A DNA stretch of 64,000 nt. It comes from a virus. Shown piece by piece: positions 1 to 10,395 of this stretch; the stretch's first letter is position 1, and the number at the start of each line of letters is the position of its first letter. Position numbers and translations under genes: made by a program. Location: the IMG/VR virus record IMGVR_UViG_3300028583_001329; one strand, given 5' to 3'. The notes beneath the pieces were generated by a model. That model did not search any database. It saw nothing but the letters and a program-made list of their open reading frames with translations, and was not told where the DNA came from.

Positions 1-6
1 CAGAAG

Positions 7-267
7 ATGTACGCCAACATCGACCCGCTGGTTATTCGTGAAGAGGAAGCAGAAGCTCCTATTCCAAACCATATGTTAGTCACGATTGATAATGATGAAT
101 TCCTCATCCCTATCGAAGATTACCGTGAGCTAATTCAGGTTGATTTTGAGCCAAATGTTAACTGTACGCTTACTATCCAATGGATACGTCAAACACCTAC
201 TAATGATCTCCATCTAGGTATTAGCAGTTTAAATATTGTTAATGATGAAGACAACGACGTGGGTTAA
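7..267 (+). CDS. hypothetical protein (possibly 5'-truncated by the window edge)
   Basis: The frame is open from base 1 and ends just before a bidirectional hairpin at 269-320. No recognisable motif. Confidence 0.5.
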   Translation: MYANIDPLVIREEEAEAPIPNHMLVTIDNDEFLIPIEDYRELIQVDFEPNVNCTLTIQWIRQTPTNDLHLGISSLNIVNDEDNDVG

Positions 268-268
268 C

Positions 269-320
269 CGCATAAAAGCCTAACCACCTAGCCGTGATGC
301 CGGGTGGTTAGCTTATGCCG
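269..320. terminator. bidirectional hairpin between convergent genes, flanked by GCATAA...TTATGCCG
   Basis: Stem CTAACCACC (280-288) / GGTGGTTAG (303-311). GCATAA at 270-275 and TTATGC at 313-318. Confidence 0.7.
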
Positions 321-324
321 TAGT

Positions 325-1464
325 TTATTTATTATACGCTTCGGTGGCTTTAATTGCACCTTTGGTTACGCGATCTAACTGATCAGCAAGACCTGTTATG
401 TAGCGAGATATCTTAACCGCTGGAACAGTTACTGCCGTGTTAACGCGTGCACCTAAGCGCATAAAGCTTTGTGCGTATGCTGAATCGTTAGACTTACTAT
501 CAAATTTACTAATTCGATTTTCTAACGTCTTGCTAACGCCGTTGTCTTTAGCACTATTAAGGTGGTTGTTAAGATTCGCATACGTAGCCTTACCAGCCAC
601 TGCTTCTAACGCCGCCATAGCCTCAGCCGCTGTTGTCATTAGAGAAAGATCTTTATATTCTTTCTCTTCTTTCTTAAAGAAGAAAACAGGTTGAGATTGT
701 CTGAAGTCAACTACTAAGCGAGCATTACCAGGCAGAATGTCTTTAGACTCGTAACCATCACCGTACTTACGCATGGGGATATACTTCATGATTACGTTTT
801 CTACAAGGTCATCAATAGCTTCTTCAACAGCAATGATTGACTTAGCGTCTTCTGCTTTAGTAAAGGCGGCAGCGATCTTTTCACCTTCTGCAGTCAGCGC
901 CTTAGATAGATCGATTAAAGCACGACTCACCTCGACTACATTATCCAGGTTAATTTCATCTTCAATGGCGAGTGCTTCAAGGTTAGCGTCGACGCTGACT
1001 TGGATGTCGGCCTTTTCAAGATCTTTGAATTGCTTCAATCGATTCTTTAAACGCTCCTGCATGTCTTCACCGCGCGAGGCGAGTTTCAAGACCCAGATGA
1101 CTACAGTTGCTACAGCCATTTCAATGGCTTTCTTAATCGCTTTGTAGATACGTTCAATAGTTTCAGTAACCTTGTTTTCAGTCGATACGTCTAATGCCTC
1201 TAAGCCAACTTGATTAGCGAGACCGGTTAACGCAGTCTTAGTTAGAGGCTCATCGTATTGGGCAGGGTCGGTACATGCCGCGTGGATGGCTTCTAAACCT
1301 TTAGCTACACCTAGTAGTGTGTCGGCGTCTTCAAGATGTTGTTCAAATTCCATATCGGTAATTTGCTCATTGATTTCTTCAACATCATAAGAGACAGTGG
1401 ATTCCTGACTTACTACAGGTGCCGGGGTGTTAATGGATAAAAGCGATGAGGTGCGCGTAGACAT
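325..1464 (-). CDS. phiKZ-type inner head (ejection) protein paralog with S/A/G-x-E cleavable propeptide
   Basis: Acidic N-terminal region with VSQE/GLE/VSTE sites, followed by the family helix NKVTETIERIYKAIKKAIEMAVATVVIW. The same pattern occurs in 1474-2520 and 62864-64000. Confidence 0.65.
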   Translation of the reverse strand: MSTRTSSLLSINTPAPVVSQESTVSYDVEEINEQITDMEFEQHLEDADTLLGVAKGLEAIHAACTDPAQYDEPLTKTALTGLANQVGLEALDVSTENKVTETIERIYKAIKKAIEMAVATVVIWVLKLASRGEDMQERLKNRLKQFKDLEKADIQVSVDANLEALAIEDEINLDNVVEVSRALIDLSKALTAEGEKIAAAFTKAEDAKSIIAVEEAIDDLVENVIMKYIPMRKYGDGYESKDILPGNARLVVDFRQSQPVFFFKKEEKEYKDLSLMTTAAEAMAALEAVAGKATYANLNNHLNSAKDNGVSKTLENRISKFDSKSNDSAYAQSFMRLGARVNTAVTVPAVKISRYITGLADQLDRVTKGAIKATEAYNK

Positions 1465-1473
1465 GTATTTCTC

Positions 1474-2520
1474 CTACTTCTTGTCTGGACTTTGGCGAGT
1501 TAGAATACCCAACAGTGACTCCAACTCTAAAATAGTTGTAGTAAAGTAGCCAATGATGGTTCTAGGTGGCTTCTGAAGCATAGCAGCAATGGGTGCAGCT
1601 ATCTTCAATAATTCGGTAGTGACGTCACGATTACCGGACATAATGTCAAAGTCAGTCTTCATTAACTTATCAACTTGACCAGCAAACTCTTGAACGTTCT
1701 CTGTCATCTTCAACACATTTTCTAAATCTAATAGATCAATGGCATCAGCGACCTCTTTTGCTTTAAACGTCATTTCTTTTACTTCAACACCTTCTGTCTG
1801 TAGAAAGGCAAAGTTAGGTACGGGGTGGGTGAGGTCCATGACGATGTGACGGTTACCAGGATAAACATCCTTAGAGGTATAGACATGTTTCTTACCTTCA
1901 AGCTTGTAATGCTTGAGTATGTAATCCATCAAGTCATCTGATAATTTAGTCAGTGCATTAACGTCACCCATCCGTTTCGCATTATTGAACTTGTAAATTA
2001 TCTTTTCGCTTGATGCTTTGATAGAAGGTAGCGGTGCTACTACGGCCTGTAGACGCTTAACAACTTTATCAAGATCAACGGTATCCCCAATTGCCAATGA
2101 TGTCAACTGAGTACCGTAAGGAATAGTGATGTCTATTTCTTCTTTATCCTTAAGCTCTTTGTTGGTTTTCTGAAGTCTGTCTTTTAGTCCACGCAAACGG
2201 TCTAAGACTACTTCAGTCCAACGTACAATGACTTCATAAGCACGTTTAAAGGTAGCTTTGATGGCTTTAATGATACGCTCAATGGTATCTGCCACTTTAT
2301 CTTCTAAAGACACACCGTATGCGGCTATACCTAAAGATTCTATCTGGTGCTCAATAGCTATTTTAGCTACAGGTGAATTCCAGTCATCATGCTCTTTACA
2401 CAGTGACGATATTTGTTCAAGTTGAATACCTATGTTAAACAACGACTGTAGATCGTTATCTAGTGATTCTAACGTGAGTGTTAAGAAAACCATTTCACGC
2501 GATACCTTAGTCTCTAACAT
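1474..2520 (-). CDS. phiKZ-type inner head protein paralog
   Basis: TLE/QLE/VSLE sites followed by DKVADTIERIIKAIKATFKRAYEVIVRW. Tandem paralog of 325-1464. Confidence 0.65.
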   Translation of the reverse strand: MLETKVSREMVFLTLTLESLDNDLQSLFNIGIQLEQISSLCKEHDDWNSPVAKIAIEHQIESLGIAAYGVSLEDKVADTIERIIKAIKATFKRAYEVIVRWTEVVLDRLRGLKDRLQKTNKELKDKEEIDITIPYGTQLTSLAIGDTVDLDKVVKRLQAVVAPLPSIKASSEKIIYKFNNAKRMGDVNALTKLSDDLMDYILKHYKLEGKKHVYTSKDVYPGNRHIVMDLTHPVPNFAFLQTEGVEVKEMTFKAKEVADAIDLLDLENVLKMTENVQEFAGQVDKLMKTDFDIMSGNRDVTTELLKIAAPIAAMLQKPPRTIIGYFTTTILELESLLGILTRQSPDKK

Positions 2521-2641
2521 GACTATTTCTTCCTTAGGTCTATGGTGCTTGAGATCATAGATTATTGAGTCTGGCGTGTCGTATTAGACACTTACCATCA
2601 ACCATTATGACTAACCTTTTTTTAACCAGTAAGTAACGAAT

Positions 2642-4786
2642 ATGATCAACTTCTTATCAGATTATAAAAAATATAAGAATTCTATAGTAGATTTAAATAC
2701 TACTAATGAGTCGTTTCTTAGACTTGCCACTGTATATAAAAAGATGGGAATCGAAAACAACGTCTTTCATCTAACGTTACTACAGCCTGAGCTACAGGGT
2801 GTCGATCCATTTTCAGAAGAGCTAAGCCAAGAGCAGAAAGTAATGATCACCATGGAGTGTAAGTATAACCCATGGTACTTTTTAAGAGAAGTGGTACGCA
2901 TACCGCCCCAATCAGGTAACACGCCCGTATCTTATATTGCCAATAGAGGTAACATTGCTTTAACGTGGTCATTTTTCAACCATATTGATTTCGGTCTCAT
3001 ACAGCCACGTCAGACAGGTAAGTCGGTCTCTACTGACTGTTTGATGACAAACCTAATATATCTATCCATGTTATCATCGCGTATCAACATGATAACTAAA
3101 GATGCTAACCTGCGCTCTGCTAACGTCGAACGTCTTAAACGTATCCGAGACCTATTGCCTCCTTATCTTATTGTTAAAGATAAGAGTGATGCTAATAACC
3201 AACATCTACTTACGTATAACACACTAGATAACACGTACAGTACGGCGGTTGCTCAGTCATCAGAAGCGGCTGCGATTAACGTAGGTCGTGGAACTACTGC
3301 ACCTATCACCCAGGTGGATGAGGGTCCGTTTATTCGTTTCATTGGTTCACTTATACCTGCAGCGCTAGCGGCCGGTACAGCAGCCCGTGAAGAAGCTAAA
3401 CGTAACAACCAGCCATATGGAAACATTTTTACAACTACCTCTGGTAAGAAAGATGACCGTGATGGTAAATACATGTACGACATGCTAACTGGCGGTGCGG
3501 TGTGGAATGAGGTCTTCTTAGATGCTGCAAACATAGAAGACTTCCACCGCTTAGTCAGAATGAACTGCACTAACCATAAAGTTATCATTAATGGCACTTT
3601 CTCACATCGTCAATTAGGTAAGAGCGACGACTGGCTATATCGCGCTATTGCTAACGCTAACGCCAAAGGTGAGGAAGCTGACCGTGATTTCTTTAACCGT
3701 TGGACTAGTGGTACGCAACGTTCACCGCTTACTACTAAACAGAATAACACCATCTTTGAGTCAGAACGTGAACCAGATCATACTGAAGTTACAGATGAAG
3801 GTTACATGATACGTTGGTACATACCTGAGTATCAAATAAACCAACGCATGGCGACAGGTAAATACGTAGCGGGTATGGATACTTCAGAGGGTGTGGGTCG
3901 AGATTCGATTACCATGGTAGTATTAGACGTTAGAGATTTATCTGTTGTTGCCGCAATGGATATTAACGAAGCTAATATTATCCGCTTCAGTAAATGGGTA
4001 AGTTCATTCCTTATCGCTTATGAAAATGTAACGTTGGTTATTGAGCGTAAATCAACCGGGGTTGTTATTATAGATGCATTGATGATTGAACTCCCATCAG
4101 TAGGTATTGATCCCTTCAAGCGTTTATATAACACCATCGTCCAACATCATCTGGAACGTAAGACAGATTACGATCGTATACTTAAAGATACACGCTATCG
4201 CGATGAATCGTTCTACATCAGTCATAAGACAGACTTTGGTTTCTCTACTAACGCAAAGAGCCGTGAGTTGCTATTTGGTAACGTATTGCAAAACGCAGCG
4301 ACCAATGCGGGTCACCTTGTAAAAGACACTACATTGTCAAGTCAATTACGTGGGCTAGTAGAGAAGAATGGTCGAATAGACCACGAAGCATCGGGCAATG
4401 ACGACTTGGTTATTGCTTGGCTATTATCGGTATGGTTTGTTACATTCGGTAATCACCTTGACTTCTACACTATCGATCCAGGTCAGTGTATGATATTAGT
4501 AGGTGAGCGTTCTGGCAATGGCGATTATGATCGTGCTATTGCTGAAAAGAACAACCGCACCCGTAGCCGTATTGACCAGGTGCTAGAAGAGATAACCCTT
4601 TGTCAATCAGGCTTTAAACTTGCCCGTCTGGAGGCGGAACTTAAACAACTTACCTATCAGACCAAATCTGATGGGGGTGAGATACTAAGCTTTGATGCGT
4701 TAATGAAACAAGCTAATGACCGCAAGAAAGCTAAGCGCTCGCAAACTAAGAACACCAGCAAATCTAGGGAACTACTATTCTGGTAG
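2642..4786 (+). CDS. terL: terminase large subunit (phiKZ gp25-like)
   Basis: Walker A QPRQTGKS, motif GRGTTAP..VDEGPF (Walker B), nuclease-domain GMDTSEGVGRD and DDLVIAWLL. 714 aa. Confidence 0.9.
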   Translation: MINFLSDYKKYKNSIVDLNTTNESFLRLATVYKKMGIENNVFHLTLLQPELQGVDPFSEELSQEQKVMITMECKYNPWYFLREVVRIPPQSGNTPVSYIANRGNIALTWSFFNHIDFGLIQPRQTGKSVSTDCLMTNLIYLSMLSSRINMITKDANLRSANVERLKRIRDLLPPYLIVKDKSDANNQHLLTYNTLDNTYSTAVAQSSEAAAINVGRGTTAPITQVDEGPFIRFIGSLIPAALAAGTAAREEAKRNNQPYGNIFTTTSGKKDDRDGKYMYDMLTGGAVWNEVFLDAANIEDFHRLVRMNCTNHKVIINGTFSHRQLGKSDDWLYRAIANANAKGEEADRDFFNRWTSGTQRSPLTTKQNNTIFESEREPDHTEVTDEGYMIRWYIPEYQINQRMATGKYVAGMDTSEGVGRDSITMVVLDVRDLSVVAAMDINEANIIRFSKWVSSFLIAYENVTLVIERKSTGVVIIDALMIELPSVGIDPFKRLYNTIVQHHLERKTDYDRILKDTRYRDESFYISHKTDFGFSTNAKSRELLFGNVLQNAATNAGHLVKDTTLSSQLRGLVEKNGRIDHEASGNDDLVIAWLLSVWFVTFGNHLDFYTIDPGQCMILVGERSGNGDYDRAIAEKNNRTRSRIDQVLEEITLCQSGFKLARLEAELKQLTYQTKSDGGEILSFDALMKQANDRKKAKRSQTKNTSKSRELLFW

Positions 4787-4836
4787 TCCCTACCATCATT
4801 TAAACCTTTACCAAGTTAAATAAAAAAAGGATAACC

Positions 4837-5874
4837 ATGAACTTACTTAACGAAGTACGTATTACCATTGACCGCAATCGAGAAGAGACTGTTGATATCT
4901 GTAAGAAAGAAGCTATCTACAAACCGCATTTACGCCTACTGGTATTAATGCGTCAAGAGCAGGGTATCATTGAAGATCCATCGATGAGTGATATTGACCA
5001 GTGTCTAGTGATGGATAAGATGTTCTTTGAACGTCATCTTAAAGATATCAAGATCAATTCAGATCGAATTCTAACGCATCTAGCAGAAGTCCACAAGTCC
5101 AAGTGGTACCTTCGTCTGCCTAGTTGGTTAGATATCCCTAGAATGCTTGTCGTGGCCGATAAGGAGTATAACGACCAGGTTCGTATGGACGTTCAAACTC
5201 CTTACTTTGAGTTAGAACAAATCCCAAGTCTATCTACCGTTATCTCACACGTTCAACCGTCTAACTACCATGTCGAAGATGTATTGACGCCGTTTGGTGA
5301 GGTAAAGACTACAGTTAAGATCACACCACCTCTTGATCTTAGCCAGATCTTGTCTATCTTCCATACAGTGTCGACGCTTAAATGTGAATATACAAAAGAG
5401 CCAATTGGAAACCAGGGTTTATCTCTATCTCAGGAAGAGCTTAACTTTATTCAAGATGGTACAATACCAGAAAACATTAGCGTATTACGTGAACTAGCTA
5501 CAATAGCTACATCGGCAACACCATATACAGCAAGTTTGTATTTCTTCTTACGTCGCTTTAAAGCACTAGACGATATAGACGCATATCAGCTTATTAGCTA
5601 TAAGAGTCAGTGTATGGATAAAGACGCTAAAGCGGCGATCATGGTGCGCGAGAAGAATAAGACATTCCTTACATCGCGTCAAATTAAGAATGCGCTTAAG
5701 AAGCTGTGTGCTCATTACACCTTTGCGGCAGACATTGATCAGAAAGCGCTATTTGCCCAGGATTACGAGATGTTCAATACACTTCGCTTCCACAACAAAC
5801 CATACGAGGCATTGTTAGAGTATCATCGTGAAACTGATTACCTAACTGAAGCCTTAAAGCGTCAAGCAGCATAA
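4837..5874 (+). CDS. hypothetical protein
   Basis: 345-aa ORF with an AAGGA SD. No recognised motif. Confidence 0.6.
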   Translation: MNLLNEVRITIDRNREETVDICKKEAIYKPHLRLLVLMRQEQGIIEDPSMSDIDQCLVMDKMFFERHLKDIKINSDRILTHLAEVHKSKWYLRLPSWLDIPRMLVVADKEYNDQVRMDVQTPYFELEQIPSLSTVISHVQPSNYHVEDVLTPFGEVKTTVKITPPLDLSQILSIFHTVSTLKCEYTKEPIGNQGLSLSQEELNFIQDGTIPENISVLRELATIATSATPYTASLYFFLRRFKALDDIDAYQLISYKSQCMDKDAKAAIMVREKNKTFLTSRQIKNALKKLCAHYTFAADIDQKALFAQDYEMFNTLRFHNKPYEALLEYHRETDYLTEALKRQAA

Positions 5875-5878
5875 CAAC

Positions 5879-5927
5879 GGCATAACCTACCTCTACCCGC
5901 GATAGGTAGAGGTAGGGTCTTTATGCC
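5879..5927. terminator. bidirectional hairpin with GGCATAA...TTATGCC flanks; 31-nt core identical to 60830-60860
   Basis: CCTACCTCTACC-CGCGATA-GGTAGAGGTAGG at 5886-5916, between convergent genes. Confidence 0.75.
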
Positions 5928-6425
5928 TTATTGGTCAAATATCTTTTTAAAGTACTCCACATAGACTGAGTCGTAGCGGGTACCGGTTATTTGATTTTCT
6001 AATCGTTCGTACGCGTTGTGTTGTTGGGGGGTTAACGTACGATAAGTTAATGCCTGGATAATATCTTTATCGCTTATAAGACGACGAAGGTATACAGACA
6101 CGAACTGTCTTCTTAACGGATCATGTAAAGGTAGTGTGTAGAGAACACCGATAAACTCCATCAACGTCTCATCGTCAAGTAGCTGGATTGTCTCATAGGG
6201 GATTTCAATTCCCCGGTGCAGCCACTCAACAAGTTTAACAAACGGGACCTGCTCCCCGTAGTAATGATGGATCTTATCCTGCAATGCATCTAAGCCTTCA
6301 AGGTAGGCCCTAGGTGGTTGTTTAAATGTTTTGTTTTTATACAACCTATATACATCACTAGCATAAACCGTTATAAGTACATGCAGACTAAACATGGTGA
6401 CGACCCCTGGTGGGCTGTTAAACAT
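5928..6425 (-). CDS. hypothetical protein
   Basis: 165-aa ORF directly downstream of 6429-7640 on the same strand. Confidence 0.55.
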   Translation of the reverse strand: MFNSPPGVVTMFSLHVLITVYASDVYRLYKNKTFKQPPRAYLEGLDALQDKIHHYYGEQVPFVKLVEWLHRGIEIPYETIQLLDDETLMEFIGVLYTLPLHDPLRRQFVSVYLRRLISDKDIIQALTYRTLTPQQHNAYERLENQITGTRYDSVYVEYFKKIFDQ

Positions 6426-6428
6426 ATA

Positions 6429-7640
6429 CTAGTCGTAATGCTTCATGGTCAGAGATCTAAGAACAAGATAAAGCAGGATACCTGTTCTAACACTTGCCTT
6501 TACAGACGCGTTACGTGAATCAACCGCATCTTCAGCAATCTCACCAGCCAATTCACGGATCTCCATGAGGTCATCTTGCACACTACGTGAAGACATGTAA
6601 ATGGCTCGCATCTTAACTAACACTAGTGGTAGATTGGTAATATCCACCTTATTCTGTTGTAGATAGTGGAACGCGTGAATGATGGTTTTATCCAACAACG
6701 GCGTAATGACCTTATCTTTACTATCTGAAACATTGTCACTCATATAACGCAAGCTATTAACCAATTGCTCAGGCGGCATCGTATGGATAGCTTTAGCAAT
6801 GATGTCTACTAGCTCTTGTTTAATGAACGTCTCATCGTCACTTATTATGCGGTGTAGGTATTGTCTAAAACGCGTATAGTCATTGCGCTTGTCTTTTACA
6901 ATACTCTCGCCATCAATATCTACAGAAGAAGAGACCGTAGTGATCTTAGCATCTTGCTCTCTAACTTTATGGAATACCTCAACAACCGCCTTAAATACCT
7001 CACGTATACGTGACTGTATATCGTTAACCATATACACCACAGCATCGTCAGGTGCAAACGTACGGTAAGTATTATAGTGGATGCCTGTCTTAGCCAAGAT
7101 GCTCTCAGAACGGTCTTTAACCAACGCACCCCACGAACCATGAACCTTTAATGAGAATTTCTTAGACAAACTTGCATATGTCATCATCGCTACACTCTTA
7201 TCGGCGGGGTAGCGGAAATAGTGACTCATTAAAGAACTCAGGAACTTATAATGAAGCATGCTTAGTAGCGCAATTTGAACTTGTTCTTTCTCTTTACTAC
7301 TTACATCACTTTCTTCAAAACGATGCAGGCACCAGATAATAGACAGGTTAACTAAGTCGCTACTCACCTTAAAGCTAGTATCGATAGAGTCCAATGAATA
7401 AACATCTGCTTTAAGTGCTACTTCATCAATCTGTAATACTTCATCAAACCACGTAATTTTGTCATCGTTGGTATAACGAATAGGGTAGACGCCAATCAGC
7501 GCATCCCCAAAGAAATTAATCGAATCGTCTGTCTTAGTTACAAACCCATTGACATAGCCGATGATACGTCTAACTAGACCGCGATTAAAGACGACGTCTT
7601 GACCGATGTCATTAAAGACGGTTTTAAGTGTACCTGCCAT
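6429..7640 (-). CDS. conserved chimallivirus virion structural protein (phiKZ gp32-like by position)
   Basis: 403 aa, AAGGA SD, located between terminase and phuZ as in phiKZ-like genomes. Assignment rests on synteny and recalled similarity, not a search. Confidence 0.5.
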   Translation of the reverse strand: MAGTLKTVFNDIGQDVVFNRGLVRRIIGYVNGFVTKTDDSINFFGDALIGVYPIRYTNDDKITWFDEVLQIDEVALKADVYSLDSIDTSFKVSSDLVNLSIIWCLHRFEESDVSSKEKEQVQIALLSMLHYKFLSSLMSHYFRYPADKSVAMMTYASLSKKFSLKVHGSWGALVKDRSESILAKTGIHYNTYRTFAPDDAVVYMVNDIQSRIREVFKAVVEVFHKVREQDAKITTVSSSVDIDGESIVKDKRNDYTRFRQYLHRIISDDETFIKQELVDIIAKAIHTMPPEQLVNSLRYMSDNVSDSKDKVITPLLDKTIIHAFHYLQQNKVDITNLPLVLVKMRAIYMSSRSVQDDLMEIRELAGEIAEDAVDSRNASVKASVRTGILLYLVLRSLTMKHYD

Positions 7641-7762
7641 ACGGGTATCCTTTAATTATTTAATAGAAATATACGGAGTAATCATAAAAATACACCTTCA
7701 ACGTATATCTATAGGGTAGTTAACGCTATCTAGTGTTGAGGAAATTTGATACAGGAAGAAAT

Positions 7763-8089
7763 ATGTCAGACCCAGTAGAACGTATACATAAAGCGCTAAA
7801 AATAGTTGAAAAGCAAACGGCAATCGTACCGCAAGAAGATATTACGTTTGCAATACTTCGTAACGTGGATAGTAAGTTTCACGACCACGTGTTGGAATCA
7901 CAATTAGGACTCGGTTCGGGTGTGGGTTATAGAAACCAAGAAAGACTCGAACAAGCCGGTTGGATTTTTGAAGATTTTAAGATCATCACTACAAAAGGTA
8001 AAGTCAATATACCTTACTTAGTGGGTAAAAAACGTAAACAAATCAAGAAGTTATTAGCTTCTGTTGATGACGATCCAAAAATAGTTTAG
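7763..8089 (+). CDS. hypothetical protein
   Basis: ATG at 7763 has an AGGAAG SD and is preferred over the track start at 7733. Confidence 0.55.
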   Translation: MSDPVERIHKALKIVEKQTAIVPQEDITFAILRNVDSKFHDHVLESQLGLGSGVGYRNQERLEQAGWIFEDFKIITTKGKVNIPYLVGKKRKQIKKLLASVDDDPKIV

Positions 8090-8161
8090 CGGTCAATTTA
8101 GACAAATACTATACCCCGGGGTTTTAAAAACCCCCTGTAGTTTTTGGTGTGGAGAGGACGC

Positions 8162-8698
8162 ATGACAACGATAGTCTGGGATGGACAGCAGTTGGCTAGT
8201 GATAGCCAGTTGACTGTGAATTGGAATGTAATATCACAAGAACCTTTTATCAAGCTACAACTCTTAAAAGGGATCTTTATTAATCCGGAGACTAAGGAAG
8301 AAGATAACTTAGTAGGTATGGGCTTTTCAGGTGACGCTGCCCAAATCTATCCATTTAGAGACTGGCTATTAGCTGGTTGTAAGCGAGAAGAATACGCAGA
8401 AGAATTTAAAGAATGCTGCGTCATTCTAGTATGCCGTAATTCAGTATGGCAATTTCACTACAGTCCCGACCCGCTACCGGTCAGGAACACTGTAGCAGTT
8501 GGATCAGGTTGCGATTTTGCAACATCTGCATTATCATTAGGTAAGACAGCGCCAGAGGCTGTAAGACACGCTATTAAGCATGATGTTTATAGTAGTGGAC
8601 CAGTGGTATGCTTAAGTATTGACGAAGCGGGAAAACCTTTCCTCCATCATTACAACGATGATGTTTCGTTAGAAGCCACCGCCTCTTTGGCGTGGTAG
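8162..8698 (+). CDS. proteasome-beta/HslV-like Ntn-hydrolase (threonine peptidase fold)
   Basis: ATG 8162 follows SD GGAGAGGA and gives MTTIVWDG..ASDSQ (Thr1). Also present: K near position 30, GFSGD, AVGSG, and C-terminal DVYSSGPV, all matching proteasome beta-type motifs. Confidence 0.75.
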   Translation: MTTIVWDGQQLASDSQLTVNWNVISQEPFIKLQLLKGIFINPETKEEDNLVGMGFSGDAAQIYPFRDWLLAGCKREEYAEEFKECCVILVCRNSVWQFHYSPDPLPVRNTVAVGSGCDFATSALSLGKTAPEAVRHAIKHDVYSSGPVVCLSIDEAGKPFLHHYNDDVSLEATASLAW

Positions 8699-8742
8699 AT
8701 CCAATCTTTTTTTAAATTAAAATTATAAAACGGTAGCCGATT

Positions 8743-9345
8743 ATGCAACTTAATACGTTAATCAGTCAGGAAGTCAGAGTATGTCATACCCCAGAATCAG
8801 TAGATGTGTTTCAGGGGGAGGGGTTGAGTGTAAAACACCTTATGCATTTAAACAAAACGGATAGTTACGTAGACCAAGCAATTATGGTCTTAGTTTACAT
8901 GCAGGGTAGTATTGTGCCAATGTACGTCACAATGTTTAACCATCCAACACACAACGTTTTTGAAGAGAAATACCAATTCAATAACTTAGTTGAACATATT
9001 AATCAAGGTTATAAACAAAGTCATGACCTGCTTGTTATGTTAACGACCACGGAGCCTTTAAAGGTTATTACGCAGGGAAGCCAGCTTAAAGTTAAGTCTG
9101 GTGATGTGGATGTTGCTATCTTCACTAACAACCCGGTGGATGATCAGGATCCAGTAAATATACCTAATGTCAAGGGTGCATTTTATCTTGCTAACTTGTT
9201 CTTTGACAAATGTGGTTTAGATGATCATATCAGACAACAGTTTCTAACTACATTGTTAGAGATGTTATCGTTTGATAGAACTGGACGTCTAGATCGCCAT
9301 GCTAATAGCGTTAGACCTCTGTCGGGTACTATTAGATTACACTGA
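8743..9345 (+). CDS. hypothetical protein
   Basis: 200-aa ORF ending before a hairpin-TTATGCCG. Confidence 0.55.
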   Translation: MQLNTLISQEVRVCHTPESVDVFQGEGLSVKHLMHLNKTDSYVDQAIMVLVYMQGSIVPMYVTMFNHPTHNVFEEKYQFNNLVEHINQGYKQSHDLLVMLTTTEPLKVITQGSQLKVKSGDVDVAIFTNNPVDDQDPVNIPNVKGAFYLANLFFDKCGLDDHIRQQFLTTLLEMLSFDRTGRLDRHANSVRPLSGTIRLH

Positions 9346-9354
9346 TGTAATTTA

Positions 9355-9422
9355 GACCACGTGGCATCTAGCACGTGGTCTTATGCCGTCACGGCATAGA
9401 GTAGGCCCGAAGACCTACCCTA
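9355..9422. terminator. two back-to-back hairpins, each followed by TATGCCG on its own strand
   Basis: Plus strand: GACCACGTG/CACGTGGTC (9355-9380) then TTATGCCG. Minus strand: GTAGG/CCTAC hairpin (9401-9418) followed by CTATGCCG (CGGCATAG at 9392-9399). Confidence 0.7.
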
Positions 9423-9426
9423 GAAA

Positions 9427-10212
9427 TTAAACACCTGAAGATGTTAGTTTGATATGGCGATGATAGGTTTCGTGGTCATCCATCATCAGTATCTTTTTCA
9501 TCTTCGTATCGCGATATTCGGTATACAGTTCTTCCGCATCAGCATAACCTTCTACAATATCACGGTAAATGCCCAATGACATTCCACCATGTAGCCTGGC
9601 AGTATCAATACTAATAATAGACTGATTGTAGATGTAGCTCTTTACTGCAAACTCTACTAGTTTAGTAAACGCGGGAATGGTACGTGGGTTGAGGTTTTGC
9701 ATGTCAGGGTCGTTACTTACCACACAGCGTAAGACCGCGTTATTACTTAGAACACTCTCGGCTTCAACATGAATAGTGTTCTCATCAATCAATGTTACAG
9801 ATGATGTGCTATTTGTTTCATAGCCGTTGGCGGCGTCAATGATGTTAAGCGATTCTCTAATCATAGACGAACTAGTAGTATACGTGCTAGTTGCTTCGTT
9901 CTCATTAAACCCAAGACTCATCACAGAGATAATGCTACGGCCTTGTGTGGCCGTTTTAGGAATAACGTAGACCTGGTGGCTTCCGTCATCGTAAGTCTTC
10001 TTAGCAGAGCGTAGAGAGAGCTCTATCTGTATACCACCTACTAAATTACAATCTACAAGAACACGAGGTTTAACTACCTTAGCGATGATCTGAGATTCAA
10101 CGGATACCGGATAGTTGATAGTATTAAAACGTTTGTCTATAAAGACCTGACGTAGTATTTCCGCTGGGATTTTAAATGTGCAGTCCTGTACGGCTTTTTG
10201 AATGGGGCTCAT
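9427..10212 (-). CDS. conserved chimallivirus protein, probably virion structural
   Basis: 261 aa, divergent from phuZ, a position typical of the family. No catalytic motif. Confidence 0.45.
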   Translation of the reverse strand: MSPIQKAVQDCTFKIPAEILRQVFIDKRFNTINYPVSVESQIIAKVVKPRVLVDCNLVGGIQIELSLRSAKKTYDDGSHQVYVIPKTATQGRSIISVMSLGFNENEATSTYTTSSSMIRESLNIIDAANGYETNSTSSVTLIDENTIHVEAESVLSNNAVLRCVVSNDPDMQNLNPRTIPAFTKLVEFAVKSYIYNQSIISIDTARLHGGMSLGIYRDIVEGYADAEELYTEYRDTKMKKILMMDDHETYHRHIKLTSSGV

Positions 10213-10395
10213 GGTTATATCCCGTTAGCTGTAGATGACATATGAGTTAATTAATACATTTTCCGTTTATTTATGAAGACCTAGTACTGTGGTAAGCATT
10301 AAACTAACAAATGTATATCTCATAGTCGAGGGGGTTATTAAATTTGTATTCACTTCATACTTTATCGAACAATCTAGGAATAAGAGGCGATTTTA

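Noticed and set aside
8114-8136. GGGGTTTTAAAAACCCC hairpin before the Ntn peptidase
   Set aside because: It is weak, has no TATGC or U-tract, and lies between co-directional genes. Function cannot be supported.
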